A model generated the notes under the pieces. That model saw only the letters and a list, made by a program, of their open reading frames with translations, searched no databases and had not been told where the DNA came from. From Nitrospirota bacterium (GTDB taxonomy: Bacteria; Nitrospirota; UBA9217): DNA of 64,000 nucleotides. The stretch covers positions 928,001 through 992,000 of the forward strand of contig CAVTRN010000001.1 of the NCBI GenBank assembly GCA_963737155.1, read 5' to 3'. Below, in pieces: positions 41,974-51,789 of this stretch. A program made the translations under genes and the position numbers. Within the stretch, counting starts at the first letter, position 1. Every line of letters begins with the position of its first letter.

Positions 41974-42095
41974 AAGAATAGGACACAGCAAATAGGGATC
42001 GGCTCCAGAAGATATCCGGGCGCCACTTTTTTGTGCAGTTCGACGGAAAAACGACAAGCCTGGCTTTTTACAGACGGGGAGAACTCCTTAGTTGC

Positions 42096-42953
42096 CTACA
42101 ATCTCACTGGCACACCGCGCTCCTTCAAATACTCCTTCGCCTCCCTGATCGTGTATTCCTTGAAGTGAAAGATCGAGGCAGCCAGGGCAGCATCGGCCTT
42201 GCCTTTAGTGAATCCTTCATAGATGTGTTCCAGGTTCCCCACTCCGCCCGAAGCGATGACGGGGATCGTGACTGCTTCCGACACGGCCCGCGTCAACTCC
42301 AGGTCGTATCCTGTTTTCTGCCCATCCTGGTTCATGCTCGTGAGCAGTATCTCTCCTGCGCCATACCCTTCCATCTTCCTCGCCCATGCTACTGCGTCGA
42401 TGCCCATCGGTTTTCTACCGCCATGGGTGTAGACTTCCCATCTTAGTTCAGACATCTGGGTTTTGAGTTTACCACTAGATAGGAAAAGAGATTTGTATTG
42501 CGTGTCGCCAGCCCATTTTAAGGGCGGCTTGAAGTCAGGGTCATGAGCGACAACACGCTTCGCGTCGATTGCTACCACAATGCACTGGCTACCGAAGCGG
42601 AGCGATGCGGATTTGATGAACTCCGGGTCGTGGACTGCAGTGGTGTTGATTGATACCTTGTCCGCGCCCGCGAGCAGCAGGTTCCTGATGTCGTCGAGTA
42701 TTTTGATGCCGCCGCCTACCGTGAGGGGCATGAAAATCTTTTCAGCAGTCCTGCGCACCACGTCGAGGATGATGCCGCGCTCTTCGTGCGAGGCGGTTAT
42801 ATCGAGAAAGGTCAATTCGTCTGCGCCTTGCTCGTCGTATGCAGTGGCGATTTCCACGGGATCGCCGGCGTCGCGTAGGTTCACGAAGCTCACGCCTTTT
42901 ACAACCCGGCCGGCTTTTACGTCAAGGCAGGGGATAATTCGCTTGGTTAACAT
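42096..42953 (-). CDS. hisF: Imidazole glycerol phosphate synthase cyclase subunit, with a long loop insertion
   Basis: [24 protein letters not shown] and IASGG motifs. Confidence 0.97.
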   Translation of the reverse strand: MLTKRIIPCLDVKAGRVVKGVSFVNLRDAGDPVEIATAYDEQGADELTFLDITASHEERGIILDVVRRTAEKIFMPLTVGGGIKILDDIRNLLLAGADKVSINTTAVHDPEFIKSASLRFGSQCIVVAIDAKRVVAHDPDFKPPLKWAGDTQYKSLFLSSGKLKTQMSELRWEVYTHGGRKPMGIDAVAWARKMEGYGAGEILLTSMNQDGQKTGYDLELTRAVSEAVTIPVIASGGVGNLEHIYEGFTKGKADAALAASIFHFKEYTIREAKEYLKERGVPVRL

Positions 42954-43020
42954 TAGCTCCTCAGTTGGATAGCCAAATTACAGTTAAGAAGGATAACGAT
43001 ACGGGTCTCCGGTTTCTGTC

Positions 43021-43095
43021 GTCATTCCGCCTCGTCCGGAATCGTCTCTAGCCGTGAGCGAAATTTAACTACGATTCCGGACAACCTAGAATGCC
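43021..43095. repeat. REP-like palindromic element between hisA and hisF
   Basis: GTCATTCCGCCTCGTCCGGAATCGT ... ACGATTCCGGACAACCTAGAATGCC imperfect inverted repeat. Confidence 0.65.
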
Positions 43096-43174
43096 TTCAA
43101 GTAAATTATATTTAACTTTTGGAAGATGGTCGGATTAAAATTGCATATATGGCTATTAGTTGTAAATTAATTTT

Positions 43175-43921
43175 TTACCGCACACAGCGGTTGTCATTCA
43201 TTTTTACGAACTGTATGGCTTCCTTCAAGTCCAGCGACCCGCTGTAGATCGCCCTCCCCGTGATCACGCCGCTCACGCCGGAGTAGCGCACTGTGAGCAG
43301 GTTCTCGATGTCCTTTATGGTATGGACGCCGCCTGACGCAATGACCGGGATGTGAAGCGCCTTGGCAAGAGCTTGAGTGGCTTCAATGTTTGGGCCCGAG
43401 AGCATTCCGTCACGCTTAATGTCGGTGTAGATTATCGCGATAACGCCGCAGTCCTGCATTTGAACTGCGAGGTCGATTGCCTTTACCTTCGTGACCTCTG
43501 CCCATCCTTTGATTGCAACAAGACCTTCTTTGGCATCGATACCGACGATAATCCTACCCGGAAACATCTCACAGGCCTCGCGCACAAAGGTGGGGTTTTC
43601 GATCGCTGCGGTTCCGAGGATGATACGGTCGATGCCGATGGAGACAAGCGATTCGATGGTTGCAATATCCCGAATGCCACCGCCGACTTCAATGGGAATC
43701 TTGATTGCTGCACGAATGGCCTTGATAGCTGTGAGATTTTTCGGTACCCCAGCAAAGGCACCGTTCAAGTCCACAACATGCAGAAATTCGGCGCCCTGGG
43801 ACTCCCAATGCCTGGCCGTTGTCGCTGGGTCTTCGGAGTAAATGGTGGCTTTTTCCATGAGCCCCTGCTCGAGGCGCACGCATTTGCCTTCTTTCAGATC
43901 AATTGCAGGAATGATAAGCAT
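43175..43921 (-). CDS. hisA: ProFAR isomerase
   Basis: [20 protein letters not shown] and TDIKRDG motifs. Confidence 0.97.
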   Translation of the reverse strand: MLIIPAIDLKEGKCVRLEQGLMEKATIYSEDPATTARHWESQGAEFLHVVDLNGAFAGVPKNLTAIKAIRAAIKIPIEVGGGIRDIATIESLVSIGIDRIILGTAAIENPTFVREACEMFPGRIIVGIDAKEGLVAIKGWAEVTKVKAIDLAVQMQDCGVIAIIYTDIKRDGMLSGPNIEATQALAKALHIPVIASGGVHTIKDIENLLTVRYSGVSGVITGRAIYSGSLDLKEAIQFVKMNDNRCVR

Positions 43922-44059
43922 GAGAACCTCAAAATATGGAGTAGCAAGGGACACGCTGCGAGCACCAAGTAATTAATGGACAAGTAGCAGGGGAAAGAAA
44001 GCACAGGATTATGACTTCTTTGCCACGTGACCGTTGGCCTTAATTAAATCCGCTTGTCC

Positions 44060-44698
44060 CTATCCCTTTTGCTCTCCGAATCTTTTCAGAATCGACAACC
44101 CTAGTGTCTGGCTTTTCTCAGGGTGGAATTGGGATGCGAAGATGTTGTCTTTCCAGATGCTCGATACAAACTCGATTCCGTACGATGTCATGGTTGCGAT
44201 CACGCTTGTGTCATCGGGCACGACATGGAAGGAGTGCACGAAGTACGCGTAGCTGTTGTCCGGAAAATCCTGCAGCACGAGAGGGCGATGCTTAATCGAG
44301 ATGGAATTCCAACCCATGTGTGGGACCTTCAAAGTTTCGAGTTTTGAGTTTTGGGTCTCGAATTGCGGTCCTTTAAACCGTACGACACGACCTTTGATAA
44401 TATCGAGTCCTTTCGAGATCCCGAACTCCTCACTCTCTGTGAAGAGAAGCTGGAGGCCGAGGCAAATGCCGAGAAAGGGTTTGCCGCTCTCGATGCTTTT
44501 GTACACCACTTCGATCAGTCCGTACTCCTCGAGATTTCGCATGCAGTCCGGAAAGGCCCCTACGCCGGGCAGTACCACACGCGATGCGCTCAGGATGGTC
44601 TTCGGGTCTCTCGTGACCACGGCGTCACGGCCAACGTGTTCAAAACCCTTCTGAACGCTCCTGAGGTTTCCCATCCCGTAATCGATAATAGCTATCAT
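44060..44698 (-). CDS. hisH: IGP synthase glutamine amidotransferase subunit
   Basis: DYGMGNL, PGVG, GICLG and QFHPEKS motifs. Confidence 0.97.
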   Translation of the reverse strand: MIAIIDYGMGNLRSVQKGFEHVGRDAVVTRDPKTILSASRVVLPGVGAFPDCMRNLEEYGLIEVVYKSIESGKPFLGICLGLQLLFTESEEFGISKGLDIIKGRVVRFKGPQFETQNSKLETLKVPHMGWNSISIKHRPLVLQDFPDNSYAYFVHSFHVVPDDTSVIATMTSYGIEFVSSIWKDNIFASQFHPEKSQTLGLSILKRFGEQKG

Positions 44699-44789
44699 GA
44701 CGATACTCCACAACAGTGGGCACAGAGAACATACGGGGAATCGCGAACCCGTCTACCCGATCTTCCGCTGTAATCTCCGTGGTTAATTA

Positions 44790-45380
44790 TCAGATCTTGC
44801 CTTTCGTCGAAAGAACGCCTTTGATCCTCGGATCGAGGCTCGTAGCCTGGTCCAGGGCGCGACCGAAAGCCTTAAATATCCCCTCGAGCATATGGTGGAC
44901 GTCACGGCCATAGAGGACGCGGATGTGGAGGTTCATGCCTGCGTGGTTCACAACAGACTGGAAGAAGTCCTGCGCCAGTCCGGGATCAAAGTCCTTGAGC
45001 TTGTACTTTATTGGCAGCTTAACCTGGTATACGAAATACGGTCTGCCGGACAGATCCATGACAACCTGCGCCAGGGTCTCATCCATGGGTACCGTAGCCT
45101 CGCCATAGCGGCGGATGCCCTTGCTATCACCGAGCGCTTTTTTCAGCGCCTGTCCGAAGGCGATGCCCAAGTCCTCGACGGTGTGATGGTCATCAATCTC
45201 CGTGTCTCCTTTAGCGTTGAGAGTGAGATCGAAAAAGCCGTGCTTAGCTATGTGCGAGAACATGTGATCCATGAATGGTACTGCGGTCTCGATTTTGTAC
45301 ACTCCATTCCCGTCCAGATTCAAGGAGATTTTGATGTCTGTTTCTTTAGTCTTGCGGTCGATTGTTGCTTTACGGTTCAT
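44790..45380 (-). CDS. hisB: Imidazoleglycerol-phosphate dehydratase
   Basis: [23 protein letters not shown] and STKG motifs. Confidence 0.97.
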   Translation of the reverse strand: MNRKATIDRKTKETDIKISLNLDGNGVYKIETAVPFMDHMFSHIAKHGFFDLTLNAKGDTEIDDHHTVEDLGIAFGQALKKALGDSKGIRRYGEATVPMDETLAQVVMDLSGRPYFVYQVKLPIKYKLKDFDPGLAQDFFQSVVNHAGMNLHIRVLYGRDVHHMLEGIFKAFGRALDQATSLDPRIKGVLSTKGKI

Positions 45381-45393
45381 AGAAATCCTTTTA

Positions 45394-45580
45394 TATCAAG
45401 GGAGTTATCCCCGTAGTTCTGCTATGGGAAACCTTATGCTTGGGGTTCCAAGGGGGCACTAAGTATCCTTCTGTTCACCTGCGGGGCTCAATGCCCCGCA
45501 CGTGAACACGAGCGAAGCAAGTTTTAACCGGATTCTGTCACTGCTGGCTTGACTTAGAAATCCAAAGACGTTTAAGTGAA
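45394..45580 (-). repeat. Structured dispersed repeat, copy 2 (hisC-hisB intergenic)
   Basis: Its reverse complement aligns with 20505-20685. Confidence 0.8.
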
Positions 45581-45635
45581 GACACCGGATTCCCTCCTTC
45601 GGAGGATAATGAACCGGGTTATTTCAATTCTGTGT

Positions 45636-46727
45636 TCAACCGCAGTCCTCTACAGCCAAAATATTCCTCAGACGTTTCAGCAGCTCACGATTCTCTTCCG
45701 GCGTCCCGATGGTTATTCGCAGGCAATTTCGGAGCGGCCCGGGATTGTTCAGATTCTTAATGAGAATGCCTGCCTGCTTGAGTTTCCGATGAATGTTTGA
45801 GGCATCCGCGACAGTCCTGATCAGTATGAAGTTGGTTTCTGTTGGATAGACTGTGACGCCTTGGAGCCCTAAAAAAGCATTATAGAGCTTTTCCCGCTCT
45901 GAAATCAACTGCGAAATCTGGCTATTCAAGACATTCCGGTGTTTTAACGCTGTTACTGCGGCTATCTGGGAGAGGCTATTGATGTTGTAGGGTAGACGAA
46001 TTTTATTGAGCTCGTCGACGATTTCCGGCGAAGCAGCCAGTATGCCGACACGAAGACCGGCGAAACCTATCTTCGAAAGCGTTCTTAGGATGATCATGTT
46101 CGGATACTTTTTCAGGAATGGTAGCCAGGTCTTGCCGGAAAAGCTGTAATAGGCCTCGTCGATTACAACGGCAGCACTGGTTATGTTCAATACCTTTTGT
46201 ACTGCCGCATCGGAAAAACGGTTACCTGTGGGATTGTTTGGACAGGCGAGGAAGATTACACGTGCCTTACTCGCTTTTGCCTTTCTGACCATGAGGTCCG
46301 CGTCCAGATCGAAACTCTTGTCGAGCGGCACCGTGACAACGTTCTGCGCAAGCGTGCGTGTGGTGATTTCATACATTGTGAAGGTAGGCACGGGAACGAG
46401 CGCTGGTCCGCCGAAAGCGAGGATGATTGACTGGATTAACTCGTCCGATCCGTTCCCGAGTACCATCTGCTCAGGCCTTATTTTCCAGAGTGATGCAATC
46501 GCTTTTTTCAGTTTCTTGGCGGAAGGATCAGGATAGAGATTGATCGAAATGTTTTGGACAGCAGAGGCAATTTCCCGTTGCACCGACTCTGGCATTGAGA
46601 AGGGATTCTCCATGGCATCGAGCTTGATGCGAACGGGCGTTTCATCGACATGATACGCAGTGAGCTTGCGTACCTCGGGCCTGACAAGCCGGAGAAGAGA
46701 TTTGTTTTTCGAGGTTTTTGTAGACAT
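45636..46727 (-). CDS. hisC: Histidinol-phosphate aminotransferase
   Basis: LDAMENP, GNGSDE, PNNPTG, DEAY and RTLSK motifs. Start 46727 lies just after a TTGAAC-N17-TATAGT promoter. Confidence 0.95.
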   Translation of the reverse strand: MSTKTSKNKSLLRLVRPEVRKLTAYHVDETPVRIKLDAMENPFSMPESVQREIASAVQNISINLYPDPSAKKLKKAIASLWKIRPEQMVLGNGSDELIQSIILAFGGPALVPVPTFTMYEITTRTLAQNVVTVPLDKSFDLDADLMVRKAKASKARVIFLACPNNPTGNRFSDAAVQKVLNITSAAVVIDEAYYSFSGKTWLPFLKKYPNMIILRTLSKIGFAGLRVGILAASPEIVDELNKIRLPYNINSLSQIAAVTALKHRNVLNSQISQLISEREKLYNAFLGLQGVTVYPTETNFILIRTVADASNIHRKLKQAGILIKNLNNPGPLRNCLRITIGTPEENRELLKRLRNILAVEDCG

Positions 46728-47264
46728 AGAGGGCACTATACAAGAATCAACGACCCTGTTCAAGCGGAAATTATGCCGCTCGGTGAAATATCGGATGACA
46801 ATTAAGGCCTTGCAAACGAAGACAATTAAGTTCTTATTATTTGTTTGGCCCCGTTCGGGTATCTGCAAGCAATAGAGTCATGGCAAATATATACTCCTAA
46901 CCCTGCCACTCTTTCCGATTGGTCGTTTGCAGATGTTCCGATTCATTCCTAACAATAATTCTGACGGGAATTCTACTCAGAGAGTTTCTCGATAAAAGGA
47001 TATCTTAGCGTCGCATACTTCGTTCCGTAAAGCAGTATCGTGCCGCACATATAGATATCGTGACCTACACCTACTATTCTGCAATGTCGACTATGCGAAA
47101 TAATCATCACCAACCGTTTGTAACTTACACGTGGACGCGGAATTAACTCACTTGGCGGGTTGAATGACTGGTTAGAAAAATTCATAGACCGTCAGCTGTG
47201 TAGGCCTGCCCCGCCTCAAGGCGAGTCATGAGCAGATTTGACCCCTTCCATAATTTTGTCCTTA

Positions 47265-48131
47265 TCAAAAACTAAACAAAAAACCACCTCGAAATTCAGT
47301 TTCTTTAATGTTGTAAGAAACAATATCAACTCCATAACCATGCGAGTATTGAAAAAATATTTTTGGCTGCAAATTAGTACTAAAAACCTTGCTGGTACTT
47401 TCTATCATATAATAACCTTTTCCGAACGGATTCCCTGAACATCTAAAGTTAAAACCTTGCTCCTTTAGCATTTGCCAAAGGCTATAAAAATGCTTCTCAT
47501 TATCTTTCCAGTCGTATTGATGAATATAATATAGATTTGATTCGTAATTATGTCGGTAATCATTTATGCCTTCATTTTGCGTGCTTTTGCTCCAATATCC
47601 AAATAGTCTTGGGTTAATCCCAATTTCGTTCTGTTTCTTTTCATCTGTATATGAAATATCAAACTCGCCGTAGAATTCGTTTATGCTCCTATGATCAGAG
47701 CCTTCAACACCAGTAGAACAGTGATAAATCGGGGCTATTTTAAAATATTTAAACGGACCTAAATTCAAATCGCGAAAACTATTCTTTGAATCGAACTTAA
47801 AGAATGCTTCAGGCTGGTAGTTGCTAGAAAATGTATCCCGACCGGAATAAGCCGTCCACCAACTTGTCTGGGTATATGCAAAAAAAGCCGAATTACCGAC
47901 TATTTTAAAGAAGGTATTAATTTTATCGTCTGCTGGATTTTTATCTGGAATATATAACTGATATTTAGCAGATAATTGAAATTTTATTTGATTATCATCG
48001 TCGCCAAAAGTAATGTAATTATCTCTATATAAAGACATTGCAGTTTTGCTCTGAGCTACTGAAACCTCCGTTTCCGCCGCATAGCAGACTGAGATTTGAA
48101 AAAGGAAAATAATAATAAATAGTTTATTCAT
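47265..48131 (-). CDS. Outer-membrane phospholipase A1 (PldA-like), AT-rich
   Basis: IKFQLSAK, FAYTQTSWW, NYQPE, HCSTG (HxSNG variant), YSHGYG and C-terminal Phe; signal peptide. Confidence 0.8.
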   Translation of the reverse strand: MNKLFIIIFLFQISVCYAAETEVSVAQSKTAMSLYRDNYITFGDDDNQIKFQLSAKYQLYIPDKNPADDKINTFFKIVGNSAFFAYTQTSWWTAYSGRDTFSSNYQPEAFFKFDSKNSFRDLNLGPFKYFKIAPIYHCSTGVEGSDHRSINEFYGEFDISYTDEKKQNEIGINPRLFGYWSKSTQNEGINDYRHNYESNLYYIHQYDWKDNEKHFYSLWQMLKEQGFNFRCSGNPFGKGYYMIESTSKVFSTNLQPKIFFQYSHGYGVDIVSYNIKETEFRGGFLFSF

Positions 48132-48536
48132 TATCATTCGTATTTTGTTGTGGGGCAGCTGGTAACTGAAAGGCAGATTGTAAATTGCAGCAAGCTCTCC
48201 AGTCTGACTCGTCACAGCATCAGCAAGATCTTCCTGCCTGAAAGTACTTATAATAATATGCATAATACAAACAGAACTATTCGCCTACCTAACAATTCTG
48301 GCCATCTGGCCTTCACTTACAAGGTTGAAATGTCAAAGTTGTGACAAGGTTAAAGAAAACAGGGTATAACTTACATGTATGGGTAGATAAGCTATTGAAT
48401 CCATCTTGAGACTATAAGCATGTTGCAAGGAACAGAACCTGCAATGAGCAAGGGAAGAAATTAGAAGCTCAGTTTCATAGTGTACGCTGCAAAATTGTTC
48501 GGCTATTATTATATATTCCAGACGCACAGATATGCG

Positions 48537-48959
48537 TTACCTCTTAATATCCTTAACTTCGAGCTTGAAACACTGCTTTCCTGCCCCATGAGCCCAAAAA
48601 TCCTTATACAATGCACCGTGCTGATCGGTCCAATCGCGAACAAATTCTGCGCACAATTCATAAGTATGATCGTTGAGCACTCTGTACTCATAAATTCGTC
48701 TAGTATCAGGATCCATCAGCCTTGTAAAACCTCCTGGTTCCTTCGAAAGCTCCTCAAGCGAAAGCGGCAGAGTTTGATGCCGAGTCCAGTAAAGGTCAAC
48801 CGCACGAGATATAGCTCGAAGGTCAGCAACTCGCTGTGAGTCCATTCGCCGTATTCGTTCCTGGGTCGGAGAACCAACAAGGAGGAGTCCTCCAACCACT
48901 GCGGCCACAACTACAGCGATGGATGATGCGACTAATATGTCGACTCCGGACATTCTCAC
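48537..48959 (-). CDS. Membrane-anchored partner of the DUF5671 protein
   Basis: TM-GSP...RMDSQRVADL...LPLSL...DPDT...YELCAEF...GKQCF; overlaps the upstream gene by 4 nt. Confidence 0.75.
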   Translation of the reverse strand: MRMSGVDILVASSIAVVVAAVVGGLLLVGSPTQERIRRMDSQRVADLRAISRAVDLYWTRHQTLPLSLEELSKEPGGFTRLMDPDTRRIYEYRVLNDHTYELCAEFVRDWTDQHGALYKDFWAHGAGKQCFKLEVKDIKR

Positions 48960-49603
48960 GATTTAGCATCCGCCTCTTCCTGGCGCAAATCCCACAAGTA
49001 GTAACCAAAAACCGTACCTGAGATGACACCAACGGTCATCACTTTCAACAAAAAGCGTAGAGTTAGCTCCCCACTTAGAAAATTGTAAACAAGGGTAGTC
49101 AAATCACCTAGTATCACACAAGCTGCGATAAACAGTGTTATGTATGTTAGCCACTTGCGGATTTTTGATGCGCGTTTGCTAGGATCACGTCTGACGGCAT
49201 GGCCGATCAATTTGGATACGTATAAGAAGACCGGAAAAGCAATGACAAGTGACGCAACAGACCAACGGATCGCCTGCTGTATTTGCTCGCCGAAGCCTAC
49301 AGACGCGGCGGGATCTGGAAAGGCGCGGTCTATAAACTGGAACACGAGGCTCCCTACGTTATACGCGCTGATATACAAAGTAGTAAAAAGAACGAGGTAA
49401 ATGAATGCTTCGCGTGCAGAGAGGTATGGTTTTGGTCTAGGTACCGGAATCGGAAAATCGATTTCGGCGAAGGAGGTAAGCGCACCCTTTACTTGGTCGG
49501 ATCCCCATCCTGCTCTGACCAAAGCATCTTTAATCTGATCACGCGAAAGGCCACGTGACAAAGCATCCCTAACAAAGCTTAACAAGTCTTCACTGATGGC
49601 CAT
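48956..49603 (-). CDS. DUF5671 domain membrane protein
   Basis: PVPRP, AREAFIYL and RKWLTYITLF motifs; SD GGAGG. Confidence 0.8.
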   Translation of the reverse strand: MAISEDLLSFVRDALSRGLSRDQIKDALVRAGWGSDQVKGALTSFAEIDFPIPVPRPKPYLSAREAFIYLVLFTTLYISAYNVGSLVFQFIDRAFPDPAASVGFGEQIQQAIRWSVASLVIAFPVFLYVSKLIGHAVRRDPSKRASKIRKWLTYITLFIAACVILGDLTTLVYNFLSGELTLRFLLKVMTVGVISGTVFGYYLWDLRQEEADAKS

Positions 49604-49831
49604 TGTTTTCCTCCAGATGGCGTACCAGATTTATGCACCCGTTGTCATCAATTCAGATTCTAATATACAAATCTAGATGGTTTCAAGCCACAAGTAACGG
49701 GAAAGAGTTTTCATCGCATATTTCACTTATGATTTAACATGTCCTTAATAATTCAGTCTATCTTATCACCACTACAAGGTTACAATTTCGATCAAGCAAA
49801 GCAGCCATCAATTACGGGTTGAAACTTACAC

Positions 49832-49901
49832 CCTGAATGTTCGGGTTCAGCCGGGTTGGCGAGTGCAGCGGAGCAACGTCGACTGCAACCCGTTGTTAGG
49901 C
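49832..49901 (-). other. Integron attC-like recombination site with mutated R' box
   Basis: GCCTAAC-N5-GTTGCAGT...GCTGAAC-N6-ATTCAGG, with an extrahelical base in L''; lies just downstream of the DHFR-like gene. Confidence 0.7.
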
Positions 49902-49933
49902 GGTGATGCGATTCGTTGCATAGATACAATAAT

Positions 49934-50536
49934 TTAAGCCCCAAGCAATTCTGTCTTCACTTCACCGGCACGCTTGTAATTGGCAATAATAACGCCGAGT
50001 GGTGAAACTTTGCTGTCAGTTAATTTGAAAGCTGCCGGACTCGTCCCATCGGCAAACAAGCGCTTTCCCGACCCAAGTGTTATTGGAAAAATTTTGAGCC
50101 AAAATTCATCAACCAAGTCATGCTTCAAGAGAGTTTGAACGAAATTGCCACTGCCATAAACTTGTAAATCAGGTCCGTCTTGTTTTTTGAGTTTTATTAC
50201 TTTTGAAACTACGTCGTCCTTGAGAAGAACCGAATTTCCCCATTCAAGTTTCATTTCCTTGTGCGAAACGACATATTTTCTCGCTTCATTGACACCAGGC
50301 CACACGGCACTGTGGTGCGGCCAGTATGACGCAAAGATTTCAAAGGTAGCTCTGCCCAACAATAACTCAAAGGGCTTGCTCATCTGCTCTCCCATCACCT
50401 TGCCCGCAAAGTCGTCAAAGTACGGAGCAGTCCAGCCGCCGTACTTAAAACCGCCGGAAATATCCTCCTTGGGCGCGCCCGGTGCCTGCATAACGCCGTC
50501 GAGGCTAATAAATGTAAGGACGATGATTTTTCGCAC
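49934..50536 (-). CDS. Dihydrofolate reductase-fold / RibD C-terminal domain protein
   Basis: SLDGVMQAPG, LLGRATF, YGSGNFVQ and GSGKRLF motifs. Confidence 0.9.
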   Translation of the reverse strand: MRKIIVLTFISLDGVMQAPGAPKEDISGGFKYGGWTAPYFDDFAGKVMGEQMSKPFELLLGRATFEIFASYWPHHSAVWPGVNEARKYVVSHKEMKLEWGNSVLLKDDVVSKVIKLKKQDGPDLQVYGSGNFVQTLLKHDLVDEFWLKIFPITLGSGKRLFADGTSPAAFKLTDSKVSPLGVIIANYKRAGEVKTELLGA

Positions 50537-50872
50537 GGCTATTCTCCTTTATGTTTGTTTTTTACAACCTTTATACAAACATAAATCCTTTTGTATTATG
50601 TAACAACCTAACAAGTAATTATCTATCCGTAACCCGAATAGGAAAGAACGGATTTTCGGTCTTTAGAGTTCAGCAAGGATGATGCCAATAAAAATTTCTA
50701 AATGTAATCTACAGCCCTATTCCGCCTTCGTTAACTCCAGGTTCCCGGACGTTGCTATTGAGAGAAAACCTTATCACAAAATTCAACGATACAATGTGAA
50801 TTACGCAACCTGCCAATATTACGTCGGACTCGATGTGGGTGTCAGGCAACCAGCTGGTGCCGCGGCGCAAGC

Positions 50873-51040
50873 TTACGGGTTCTTTAGGAATCTCAAATAG
50901 AAGGCTGAAAACACCAAGACAATGCCGATGTTCACCATCAGCCGTTCCCAGAATCGATTCTTAAAGAACAGTATATCTACACTAACGACAACGGCAATCA
51001 ACGCCACGATGTAAAGCACGACAGACATGTTCCTTGTCAT
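50873..51040 (-). CDS. 55-aa two-helix membrane protein
   Basis: MTRNMSVVLYIVALIAVVVSVDILFFKNRFWERLMVNIGIVLVFSAFYLRFLKNP; SD GGGAG; below the ORF-track cutoff. Confidence 0.75.
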   Translation of the reverse strand: MTRNMSVVLYIVALIAVVVSVDILFFKNRFWERLMVNIGIVLVFSAFYLRFLKNP

Positions 51041-51354
51041 TTCGATCTCCCGTTCAAATATATCAACAGCCGCTTACCCATGAGGTTGCTGGATTTGCCT
51101 CTAGTTCCTCTTGCGGTTATTCCTGTTCTCGGCGGCCAAGTAGGATCACCACGAAGATAGCTGCGATCGAGAGCTGGCTTAATGGCATGAGCTAAGAGGT
51201 GAGCGTGTGACATCCTTCAGAATTTCGTCGTGTGATTTCATATACATTTTTCTATTAGTTAATAAACCACTCACTGTAACCGGGTATCAGGGGCACCAGT
51301 AATTATCGACTTGCAACGCGTCTAGTAAAGAACATTTTACGGTCTTTACGAGCC

Positions 51355-51370
51355 AGCAATTTGCATGCCG
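51355..51370 (-). promoter_or_regulatory. Candidate sigma54 -24/-12 promoter
   Basis: CGGCATGCAAATTGCT matches TGGCACNNNNNTTGCW with correct GG-N10-GC spacing. Confidence 0.45.
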
Positions 51371-51789
51371 CATTTTTCATAATATGCATAATTCTCGAGG
51401 ATGTCAACAACCGATGATTGGCATTTTTAGGGTGGTATTCGATGAGGAATTCTGGATTAAATATAGAATGTTAAGTGAATTAGCAACGATAAGAACTTCA
51501 GGAAGGTTGCTGACAGAAATCTTTATCACAAATGCTATGATACAAAATGAATTCTGCACCTTCTTTAATAGTATATGCTGGTGTCAAGTGCATATCTATT
51601 TTCTTTAATATACGGCGCTAAACCATAATGGTTTACTTTTTTTGTTGCGAAAAGTTCGCTCGGCAGATCAAGAATCGAATCTGCAACAACATATCCATAC
51701 GCCATTTTTTATCCGATACATTTATTTAATGCTGGCCCATAACTATTACTATGAGATATCGTAAAGCCATTGAAGCCGCTCCTTATATG

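Noticed and set aside
46728-46868. N-terminal extension of hisC in the ORF track (similar extensions for adk, murA, prmC, ppnP and acsE)
   Set aside because: These are longest-ORF artefacts; downstream starts fit the family N-termini and the promoter or SD positions.
46947-47177. A single very long attC site
   Set aside because: No L' box complementary to L'' near the distal core, so it was treated as a half attC plus a separate core.
50815-50845. YYVGLDV resembling an IS110 N-terminus
   Set aside because: An isolated 7-residue match with no continuation.
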